Shown: one piece after another, positions 50,114 through 57,378 of the stretch
Layout of the letters: the number at the start of each line of letters is the position of its first letter
Position numbering within the stretch: position 1 is the stretch's first letter
Source: Treponema sp.
GTDB lineage: Bacteria > Spirochaetota > Spirochaetia > Treponematales > Breznakiellaceae
DNA: 57,449 nt
NCBI GenBank assembly: GCA_031259215.1
Contig: JAIRLU010000125.1
Span: forward strand, 1-57,449
Direction: 5' to 3'
The notes under the pieces: model-generated
Told to the model about the DNA's origin: nothing
The model's input: only the letters and a program-made list of their open reading frames with translations
The model's database searches: none
Position numbers and translations under genes: made by a program

Positions 50114-51049
50114 TCATCCATCTACTACTTTTTCCGCTATCCGAAGCCGAGCGCTTCGAGAGGACGGGTTATTGCGTAGTTCCAGCGCTCCCGGGGTAAT
50201 ACCCTTTCGATACGGCACATTAACACGTTTACCGCTCCTTTTATATTCATATATCGGTTGATTCTGAGAACTAGTATAATCCGTGCCCTTTTCCCGAAAG
50301 AAATGCTTCACGATCCGATCTTCCAAGGAATGAAAGGTGATGACCCCCATCCGGCCTCCGGGTTTAAGCATCTCTAAAGCCCTTTTAAGAAGTTCTTGCA
50401 GATGGGTAAGCTCTCCATTGACCGCGATACGCAGCGCCTGAAAGGTCCTGGTGGCAGGATGAATACTTCCCCGGTACCGCAATGGCAGTGCCCGAGCTAT
50501 AATGTCCGCCAGGGCCCCAGACCGGCTTATCCTTCCCCTGGACTTAGCCTCGGTAATACTGCGGGCGATCCGTCTTGCATACCGTTCTTCTCCATAGGTA
50601 TACAGCAAATCTGCTAACGCTTTTTCGGAGAGACCCGCTATGAGTTCTGCTGCATCCGGGCCCTGGGTCCTGTCGATCCGCATATCCAGAACTTCGTCCC
50701 GCAGGAAACTAAACCCCCGGGATCCTTTCTCGTAATGATACCGACTGACCCCCAAATCAATGAGTATGGTATCCGGCTTTTCATTTGAGGAATCGGCAAA
50801 GAAATCATGAGACCATCCGGTATACCAATGGACCCGTTCCCCAAATACCTTAAGCCGCTTCTTAGCTACCTCCTGTATTTCCTGATCTGCATCAATACCA
50901 ATAAGCCGTAAATCGGGAAATCGGGATAAAAACGCATAACTATGCCCTCCTTCCCCCACGGTCGCATCGATCATCAACTCCCCCGGCTGCCGAGGAGCAA
51001 GCAATTGCAAGGTCTCTTCCAACAAAACCGGAGTATGAACGATTTCCAT
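50114..51049 (-). CDS. rsmH: 16S rRNA (cytosine1402-N4)-methyltransferase RsmH (MraW).
   Basis: Motifs HTPVLLEE, DATVGEGGHS, DLGVS and ITFHSLEDRIVK. Confidence 0.9.
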   Translation of the reverse strand: MEIVHTPVLLEETLQLLAPRQPGELMIDATVGEGGHSYAFLSRFPDLRLIGIDADQEIQEVAKKRLKVFGERVHWYTGWSHDFFADSSNEKPDTILIDLGVSRYHYEKGSRGFSFLRDEVLDMRIDRTQGPDAAELIAGLSEKALADLLYTYGEERYARRIARSITEAKSRGRISRSGALADIIARALPLRYRGSIHPATRTFQALRIAVNGELTHLQELLKRALEMLKPGGRMGVITFHSLEDRIVKHFFREKGTDYTSSQNQPIYEYKRSGKRVNVPYRKGITPGALELRNNPSSRSARLRIAEKVVDG

Positions 51050-51064
51050 AGACGCTATTCCTGT

Positions 51065-51220
51065 TTAAACTCGGTCGTTCATGTATACGTTATACCCGGT
51101 AAACCCTTGAACACTCCAAAAAATCACTTGTACGGTAATAAAGTATAGATACATGTCTATAAAATACCATGCTTGATAGATAGTTTCAATTCCTTTGACC
51201 GGCATCCACATGTTTTCCAT
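51065..51220 (-). CDS. Candidate 51-aa hydrophobic mini-protein, below the size cutoff of the ORF track.
   Basis: AAGGAGG lies 5 nt before the ATG at 51220. The translation is MENMWMPVKGIETIYQAWYFIDMYLYFITVQVIFWSVQGFTGYNVYMNDRV, with TAA at 51065..51067. The ORF ends 15 nt before the rsmH start. Confidence 0.3.
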   Translation of the reverse strand: MENMWMPVKGIETIYQAWYFIDMYLYFITVQVIFWSVQGFTGYNVYMNDRV

Positions 51221-51315
51221 AGGTCCTCCTTGCAGACGGACTGGCAGGCGTACCGTTTTTTTACGGCCACAGTATCTTTACCTGTTTTCTCTGTATTACG
51301 TAAGATGTACATGTA

Positions 51316-51376
51316 ACGCATGAAGCACTTTAGGCTTGCGGGAGGCTCCTCCACCCCACCAAAGTGCTTCATGCGT
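51316..51376. repeat. Perfect 16-bp inverted repeat with a 29-nt spacer.
   Basis: ACGCATGAAGCACTTT (51316..51331) is the exact reverse complement of AAAGTGCTTCATGCGT (51361..51376). Confidence 0.9.
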
Positions 51377-51401
51377 CACGACTCGTCGAGCTCAGATTAA
51401 C

Positions 51402-51510
51402 TGAGGCTTTTTCAAAACCTAGGTTCATTTTGAAAAACCAGAGAATGATTTTTCCTTTACCCCTCAGGTTGGGCTTTCAAAATACAACCTTTTGAAAAAG
51501 CCTCAATTAT
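51402..51510 (+). repeat. Composite hairpin repeat, copy F. It is a divergent member and lacks a clear central hairpin.
   Basis: The terminal inverted repeat is perfect over 16 bp: TGAGGCTTTTTCAAAA (51402..51417) against TTTTGAAAAAGCCTCA (51490..51505). The hairpin-1 loop is CCTAGGTTCA. Hairpin 3 spans 51472..51502. Confidence 0.7.
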
Positions 51511-51590
51511 TACCTACGTATTATGCTTAATCTATATATTCATTCAGCCCAGGGACTCCGTCAAGGCCCTTATTAAAAAAATGGATATTG

Positions 51591-51723
51591 GACTTGTTCG
51601 AGAACCCGGTTGGTTCTCGAACAGGTCTCCAAAAAACGTGGATTTCTTAATAAAATCCACGTTTTTTATCGTTTTTTAAGCGGAACTTGTTCGGAAACTG
51701 AGGTTTCCGAACAACTCTATTAT
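51591..51723 (+). repeat. Composite three-hairpin repeat, copy C.
   Basis: Hairpin 1: 51591..51602 pairs with 51616..51627 (12 bp including one G-U), loop AACCCGGTTGGTT. The central hairpin is AAAAAACGTGGATTT / AAATCCACGTTTTTT (15 bp). Hairpin 3: 51687..51698 pairs with 51703..51714 (12 bp). Confidence 0.9.
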
Positions 51724-51769
51724 CGAGTATCTCAAGGGATTTCCTTGTATTCCCCCTGTAGACTGGGGT

Positions 51770-52522
51770 ATGCTTTTTCCTATGCATCCCTATGAAAATG
51801 AGTGGATTCCCCTTAAGGGATATGATAATCCTATCGGGACAGTACGAGAAAGCAGCCTCCATCGGGATCTCAAAATCCACTATACGGGGAAAGGAGGTAT
51901 AATCGAGGTGAGCACCGGGTATAAGGGAAAGTACGTCTGTGATGGGATAACCAAAACCGGGGAGATCATCGAGGTACAAATCGGGAGCTTCGGGCCCCTC
52001 AAGGATAAGGTTACCCATATTGCCCCCATGAACCCGATCCGGATCATCCATCCGATTATCATGCAAAAATACATCGAAGTCTATGATGCTGAAAACACCT
52101 GGTGCTATAGCCGGAAAAGCCCGCGGAAAGGCACTATCTGGGACCTCTTCACGTCCCTGGTTTACGCTCCGGAAATACCCCTCATACCTAGATTAACCAT
52201 AGAACTTGCTATGGTGGTGATAAAACAACAGCGGCGACAAGACGGATGGGGTTCTTGGCGTCGTAAAGGGATCAGCATCATTGATACCCAGCTTATTGCC
52301 GTTCAGGATTCGCGTATTCTTTCAGGGAAGGATGATTATACTATTTTTCTCCCCTTCCTGGCACTTGAACCCTTCACGTCTCGAGATTTAGGAAACATTG
52401 CTAGGATCACCCCTTCCTTGGCTCGCAAAACCCTCTATGTCCTTACCAGGTTAGGAATCGTGAAAAGATTGGCTAAAAAAGGCAATGCCCTGCTGTATAC
52501 CCGGATCAGACCCAAACCTTAG
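51770..52522 (+). CDS. Uncharacterised protein: a putative PD-(D/E)XK (CoiA-like) nuclease core with a C-terminal winged-helix domain.
   Basis: ESSLHRDLKIHY...VCDGITKTGEIIEVQIGSF..LKDK resembles the H..D..ExQ/K nuclease signature. The C-terminal FTSRDLGNIARITPSLARKTLYVLTRLGIVKRL looks like a MarR-type wHTH. Confidence 0.35.
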   Translation: MLFPMHPYENEWIPLKGYDNPIGTVRESSLHRDLKIHYTGKGGIIEVSTGYKGKYVCDGITKTGEIIEVQIGSFGPLKDKVTHIAPMNPIRIIHPIIMQKYIEVYDAENTWCYSRKSPRKGTIWDLFTSLVYAPEIPLIPRLTIELAMVVIKQQRRQDGWGSWRRKGISIIDTQLIAVQDSRILSGKDDYTIFLPFLALEPFTSRDLGNIARITPSLARKTLYVLTRLGIVKRLAKKGNALLYTRIRPKP

Positions 52523-52679
52523 CACTACAGCAAGGACTTATAGAGAAAGAAGACACTTCTATAAAGCAGATTGTGGAGTATTCTTTAGCTGATTGTAATG
52601 CATTAAAAAGACTTTAAAACAACTGGTATTTTTTATTTGTATACTTCTCAGGGGGGAGGATGGGGTTGTTTTACCGCAT

Positions 52680-52728
52680 AAAAAAGGGATAGGGATAGGG
52701 TGAATACTTTCACTCCTTTCCCTATCCC
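52680..52728 (-). terminator. Rho-independent terminator downstream of the flaA pair.
   Basis: Long imperfect hairpin: GGGATAGGGA (52686..52695) pairs with TCCCTATCCC (52719..52728), plus inner pairs. In minus sense it is followed by TTTTTT (plus-strand A-run 52680..52685). Confidence 0.6.
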
Positions 52729-52772
52729 TCCTCATTCAAAGAACCAATACCAACTCTTTCAACTTCCCGGTT

Positions 52773-53501
52773 CTACCAGGCGTCGGCCATATCATCCGGG
52801 TCTCGGTTGTTCTCAGGGAATAGGTCCGTAACGGCCCGGAGATCATCCAAATAAAAATAGTACGTCCCCACTGCTTCCGCAGGATCGCAATCGACCCTGA
52901 ACCCGGTAACCTTAATACCCAGATAGTTATTATAATGATAATTCCGCTGAACAATACCGCCTTTTCCATCATACGCTTGGGGAGGAATCGCCACGGTCAG
53001 TTTTTTCCATCCCTGGAAATTCAATTTCCCCATAGAGAGCTCAAAAGGACGACCCAGAGAATCCTGGATAAGGATCTTTAATTCATGATTAAAGTTCCGT
53101 CCCACTGCCCATACGGAAATAGTCTTGGTTATCCCCTCAATGGGAATAGGCCGTAAGGGGGTCAAGGTAAAACTGACATGTCCTCGATGGAGGAAATCAA
53201 CCCGGGTACCCAATACATGTTGATCGGGAATATCCATTCCCTCTTCTTCCGGTAAAGGCTCTTTCCCTGCCGGAGCTCCTTCAAAAAGCCGAGAACTGAT
53301 AAATCCGTTATCCACAGAAATGGTAGGCCGCCAATACCCATCATGTTCGAATTTATCAACCGAAACCTCTTTCAGGTTCTGTTGAGCCGCATCAATCCCG
53401 ATCCGACTCGGATCCGTGGAACCAACCGCCTCGTCCTGAGTCTGAGCAAACAACGCCCCACTCAACAAAAAACACAAGGCTATACCGCTTAATCGCTTCA
53501 T
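52773..53501 (-). CDS. flaA: Flagellar filament outer-layer (sheath) protein, FlaA family, paralogue 2.
   Basis: A signal peptide, then VLGTRVDF, PIEGITKTISVWAVGRNFNHELKILIQDSLG, GKLNFQGWKKLTVAIP and YYFYLDDLRAVTD. This is the FlaA family pattern. Confidence 0.7.
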   Translation of the reverse strand: MKRLSGIALCFLLSGALFAQTQDEAVGSTDPSRIGIDAAQQNLKEVSVDKFEHDGYWRPTISVDNGFISSRLFEGAPAGKEPLPEEEGMDIPDQHVLGTRVDFLHRGHVSFTLTPLRPIPIEGITKTISVWAVGRNFNHELKILIQDSLGRPFELSMGKLNFQGWKKLTVAIPPQAYDGKGGIVQRNYHYNNYLGIKVTGFRVDCDPAEAVGTYYFYLDDLRAVTDLFPENNRDPDDMADAW

Positions 53502-54250
53502 TAAAGACCTCCCTCACTATTCCACAATTCCTGCACCCGAGCAGGATTTGCCAGCTCATCACCGTCATAAGGTGCCTCAAAGGTATCGGTAAGCACCTTG
53601 AGCTGATCAAAATAAATATAGAAATTATCTACTTGTTCAGTAGGCGCCGTCCATATCCGGAATTTAACAAAGGTTAAGGAAGCAAGCCGTGGGAGTACCC
53701 GTTTAGCCTGGGGGAAATTCTTGGGTATGGCAACTTGCAAATTTTTCCACCCCTGATAGGCAATAGATCCCAAATCAACCGTATGAATTACCCCCTGATA
53801 ATCTCGCAGATAGGCTTCTATGTGGTAATTAAGATTGGATCCCCATACCCACATATCCAGATATCGAACCCGGCCAGGAATAGGAATTTCAACGGGTCCT
53901 CCATCTTCCTCACCTGCGTTTACCGGATACACATCAATCCAGTTATATCCCCGGCGATCAAAACGACCCCAAATACCAAGACTCTTAAGATCTGCCCCAT
54001 CCGGATTAGACCCAAAAAGTGCTGCAGGCCATGTAGCAACATACGTTACCTTAGGGAATGAGTCTTCATCGGTCTTGGTGGCGAATTTACTAGCCTCAAG
54101 CTTCCAGTCATACAGAGACTCATCATTTTGATCAAACGTCTCCAAAATCCTGGACTCAAGAGCCACCGCCTGCTCATCACCAAAAGCTGATAATACTGCT
54201 ATACATGCCAAAAAAATTAAGCAAATAGCCCTGAAACTACCATGTTTCAT
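53501..54250 (-). CDS. flaA: Flagellar filament outer-layer (sheath) protein, FlaA family, paralogue 1.
   Basis: A signal peptide, then SLGIWGRFDRRGYNWIDVYP, PGRVRYLDMWVWGSNLNYHIEAYLRDYQG, YQGWKNLQVAIP and FYIYFDQLKVLTD. Its stop overlaps the next gene's start (TAATG). Confidence 0.75.
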   Translation of the reverse strand: MKHGSFRAICLIFLACIAVLSAFGDEQAVALESRILETFDQNDESLYDWKLEASKFATKTDEDSFPKVTYVATWPAALFGSNPDGADLKSLGIWGRFDRRGYNWIDVYPVNAGEEDGGPVEIPIPGRVRYLDMWVWGSNLNYHIEAYLRDYQGVIHTVDLGSIAYQGWKNLQVAIPKNFPQAKRVLPRLASLTFVKFRIWTAPTEQVDNFYIYFDQLKVLTDTFEAPYDGDELANPARVQELWNSEGGL

Positions 54251-54293
54251 CCTATACTCCTTTTCAATGTAGGGAACTTTAAGATCAAATAAT

Positions 54294-54322
54294 AGTATAC
54301 TTACTTATGAGACCTTTGTCAA
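54294..54322 (-). promoter_or_regulatory. Sigma-70-type promoter of the flaA pair.
   Basis: Minus-sense sequence is TTGACA, a 17-nt spacer (aaggtctcataagtaag), then TATACT. It lies about 45 nt upstream of the ATG at 54250. Confidence 0.45.
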
Positions 54323-54372
54323 ACCTCTCCAAGTATATATCATATTAATCCTCTTATGCAATAGTTTTTAAA

Positions 54373-55290
54373 TTAAAGTATACTCCTTAAAAGCACTTTT
54401 TTCAAACGGCCTAAAACCTCTTTATCCGCTATTCGCTTCCCTGGAAACATCCAGTCCGAAGGAACATCGGCTCCTTGCCTCCCCGGTATCATGGCTATCG
54501 TCTTCCCCGCCACTGCCCAGGGAGAATCATCAACCACTAGTTTTACTGCCCTTGAGGTTAAATCCGGATCAATCCAGGAAAAGAGAATAACCGGTATCTC
54601 CAGATTCCGTTCAAGAAAGAAGGTCCCTTGCCCTTGCATAACTACGCAAGAAATATTTTGTATAGTATCGGCATAATCTTGTTTTATATTGAGATATTTT
54701 GGCTCTTTGGTAAATCCCTGTTCCCGAAGCCCCATACTAAAGGCTTCCCGGTATTCAGCGGAAATGCCTTCATGCTGAAAAAACAGGATCTCCCCCTGAG
54801 TAAGGGGATCTCCATCCTTTGAACCCTCATGTTGGGCAATAATGCCGGCACAGAGCCCTGCCCGGTACAGATCCAACCTGGTATCGGTCCCCACGAAGAT
54901 CCCTCCAGGGACCTGGGGATCCCGGTTCCGGGCTCCCAAGATAAAGACCGGTACCTGGGGAAATTGAGCTATATACCGTTCAGCCCCTTCATAATACCGG
55001 TAGGGGAACAATACTCCATAGGGGGCGCTATGGGCTTCCTCTACCGCAAACACCACCATATCCGGACCGGCGTTTTCTCCGATAAGCACCGGCTTAATCT
55101 GCCGCATCATCCTGAGGGTGGTTTCGAGGCGTTTTATCCCGGCCCTTCGAAGACCATACAGGGCATTAAAGGGGGCATCCGTAACGAACAACACCGGCGC
55201 CCGGAACCAAAAGACACCGGTCAGGAGGCCCGCCAGCAAGAGCCCCACACCCAAAACAAGGTATCGTTTTCTGAATCTTGGACTACCCAT
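54373..55290 (-). CDS. Hypothetical membrane-anchored protein.
   Basis: 305 aa with an N-terminal TM segment (YLVLGVGLLLAGLLTGVFWF). No motif that I can name. Confidence 0.5.
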   Translation of the reverse strand: MGSPRFRKRYLVLGVGLLLAGLLTGVFWFRAPVLFVTDAPFNALYGLRRAGIKRLETTLRMMRQIKPVLIGENAGPDMVVFAVEEAHSAPYGVLFPYRYYEGAERYIAQFPQVPVFILGARNRDPQVPGGIFVGTDTRLDLYRAGLCAGIIAQHEGSKDGDPLTQGEILFFQHEGISAEYREAFSMGLREQGFTKEPKYLNIKQDYADTIQNISCVVMQGQGTFFLERNLEIPVILFSWIDPDLTSRAVKLVVDDSPWAVAGKTIAMIPGRQGADVPSDWMFPGKRIADKEVLGRLKKVLLRSIL

Positions 55291-55403
55291 ACTTAAACCA
55301 TACTAGGCGCAGGGAAGTCTGTAAAGGAGGTGCATTGCCGCATACTGCTTTTCTAGCCGAAAAGGAGGAAACCCTCCGCTTGACCACAAAACCACCCATC
55401 ATG

Positions 55404-56132
55404 CTCTAAACTTGACCCATATTTGTATTTATTGCCTTCTAGGACAGACTTTTCCCCAAGGAGTTTGCTCTTGGGGACAAACAGGGGAACCGCTACAGAA
55501 CACGGGCGAATTGGCGCTCCTTATCCGGGTGTCGGCACAAGGGGAAGCGGAAAGGGGAGCAGAAAAGCGGTTTGGGCCTCCGCTTCCCCATAAGGGGGTC
55601 TGACCCTTACGGCCAGTCTGACCCTCATGTCCCTATCCTCCCCTCCAAGCTCCGCTTCAGGCGGTTCCCCTTCGAGTATCCACGACCCATAGCGGTCTCC
55701 CCAGATATGCCCTTCCCGCCCTTGGGCACGGTTGTACCGCTGGGCAAACACCTGTTTCAGCCATTTCATGATAACCGGAAGTTCCATGCCCTTCGCAGGC
55801 TTGATATAAAACGTAAGCCTGTCGTCCCCAAGACGCAAGCCCCGAATCTCGAAAACAAACCGCCCTTTCGTCTCATGGAAGACCGTGGCCAACATCTCCA
55901 AAGCCCGAGGGTTACGGAACAGGGGTTCCCGGTTGTTGATAGGGGTGTGGATTTCGTACCATACTCCTTGTTTGAGCAAACGTAATGGTCTCATAGAGTA
56001 TAGTAGGGATGGACCAGGGATTTTGCTTTACGAGGGTTGCCGGGAAACGAGCAATCTCCGAACCAATGCTTCTCCCAATACCCCTTACCATTTTTGTGGG
56101 TCAAGTTTAGACCCCGAGGGGATTCCTTGGGG
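55404..56132 (-). mobile_element. IS200-like unit of about 730 bp: a single Y1-transposase-like gene between similar subterminal hairpins.
   Basis: The hairpin CCCCAAGG-7nt-TCTTGGGG (55454..55476) and the hairpin CCCCGAGG-5nt-CCTTGGGG (56112..56132) lie on the same strand at either side. In addition there is a 14-bp inverted pair, CTAAACTTGACCCA (55406..55419) and TGGGTCAAGTTTAG (56097..56110). Confidence 0.5.
55521..55994 (-). CDS. Y1 (IS200/IS605 TnpA / RAYT-like) transposase homologue. The HUH motif is apparently not conserved.
   Basis: 157 aa. GVWYEIHTPINNREPLF and GHIWGDRYGSWIL resemble the RAYT/TnpA N-terminal strand and the Tyr motif. The position expected for HUH reads DDRLTFYIKP. 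Confidence 0.5.
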   Translation of the reverse strand: MRPLRLLKQGVWYEIHTPINNREPLFRNPRALEMLATVFHETKGRFVFEIRGLRLGDDRLTFYIKPAKGMELPVIMKWLKQVFAQRYNRAQGREGHIWGDRYGSWILEGEPPEAELGGEDRDMRVRLAVRVRPPYGEAEAQTAFLLPFPLPLVPTPG

Positions 56133-56456
56133 AGGCGGGAAAATCTCATTCCTGCCTTGCTAGAAACCCTCGGACTTCCAGCCCTCTAAAAAAGAAACCG
56201 ACCCAGATGATACGCGGAACGCGCTAGCTTATAACCCCGCTCACCGGTGGCGTGCCGGAAACATAGGGCCTTATACGGGGTCGTGTGGATGTTATACCGC
56301 CGATATGGAACCTTACAGTGCCGTGAACAGCGGGGCATTGAAGATTTCTCCTTGAATTTTTTGCGTATGGGGGAGAACAAATCCCCCGCACCCCCAGGTT
56401 TTTACGCCCAAAGGCCGGGGAATTACTCCATAGCGATTAAATGGTTTCACCGGTGC

Positions 56457-56484
56457 TTGACAAAAGTAAAAAAATACATAAACT
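56457..56484 (+). promoter_or_regulatory. Candidate sigma-70-type promoter of the DTD2-like gene.
   Basis: TTGACA, a 16-nt spacer, then TAAACT. The RBS is GGAGA, 8 nt before the ATG at 56506. Confidence 0.35.
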
Positions 56485-56505
56485 TAAAATCTGGAGAAAT
56501 AGTAT

Positions 56506-57378
56506 ATGAACAAAGCTGTTTATTTTTTTTGTATGGACGAAACTATTGACCCGGTTGCCTCAAAAGTATTTAATGTTATTGAAAGCAATAATAGAGTATC
56601 GGAGGCCCATATAAAAATAGATGGTTTTCCCGTATTAGAATTGAATAACAGTAACTGTTTTCAATTTGTTCGGCTGCATGATGTTTTAAGTCATAATTAT
56701 ATAAAATATTTACCCTTGCTCAATAAATATTTTAATGACTTCCATGTTTCCGGTATTGTCAATTGGCATGAAGGGATAAACGCACCGGATAGAATATTAA
56801 CGGTACATTCAACCGGGGATATTCCATCTGGTTATTTTAGCAAATCAAATCCACGTTATTTCAAAAATTTAATCTGTACCCTCGAACAAAATCGCATTAA
56901 ATATGGACTGGACAGTTTCAGAGTTATGACTGAGGCGACACATTGGTCTGGAATACCATATAAACAATCACCGGAATTGATAACAAAATATAATGTACCC
57001 ATATATGATATTGAAATTGGCAGTACAATAGAAAGCTGGAATAATGAAAGGGCAATAAAAATATTATCTGAAACATTATTTGAAGTATTCAAAGAAAATA
57101 TGCAATTAAAGAATTTATTGTGTGTTGGAGGAATACACTTTGAAGAATCATATTCAAATAGTATACTGGAAAAAGAAAATGGGATTTCAATTGGGCATAT
57201 TTTGGCAAATCAATGGATCGTAGAAAATTATGCCGGTGAAAATGGATCGGAAAAGTTAAATAAATGCATAGAAAGTATTGTTGGCGGTATAAATGGAATT
57301 ATATATCATGATAATTTAAAGGGAGAATATAAACAGCGTAACCGTTCACGGATCAGACCGCGAGATTTATGGAATTAG
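56506..57378 (+). CDS. Homologue of archaeal/plant-type D-aminoacyl-tRNA deacylase (DTD2 fold), encoded in a low-GC islet.
   Basis: From memory of Pyrococcus DTD2, three blocks match. LTVHSTGD corresponds to LTTHVTGN. EATHWSG..VPIYDIEIGSTIESWNNERA corresponds to [40 protein letters not shown] corresponds to IGGGHY..LAFGHIL. The gene is much more A/T-rich than its neighbours. Confidence 0.5.
   Translation: MNKAVYFFCMDETIDPVASKVFNVIESNNRVSEAHIKIDGFPVLELNNSNCFQFVRLHDVLSHNYIKYLPLLNKYFNDFHVSGIVNWHEGINAPDRILTVHSTGDIPSGYFSKSNPRYFKNLICTLEQNRIKYGLDSFRVMTEATHWSGIPYKQSPELITKYNVPIYDIEIGSTIESWNNERAIKILSETLFEVFKENMQLKNLLCVGGIHFEESYSNSILEKENGISIGHILANQWIVENYAGENGSEKLNKCIESIVGGINGIIYHDNLKGEYKQRNRSRIRPRDLWN

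Noticed and set aside
51157-51372. 71-aa minus-strand ORF upstream of rsmH, considered as an mraZ substitute.
   Set aside because: It has no MraZ-like sequence and no RBS, and its start lies inside the arm of the 16-bp inverted repeat. The overlapping 51-codon ORF in another frame has a consensus RBS and is the better candidate.
56133-56456. GC-rich stretch between the IS200-like unit and the DTD2-like gene, inspected for a structured RNA (group II intron domain, omega/reRNA-like) or a pseudogene.
   Set aside because: I could recognise no diagnostic motif by eye. The ORFs 56186..56380(-) and 56247..56549(+) look non-protein-like. The region is left unassigned.
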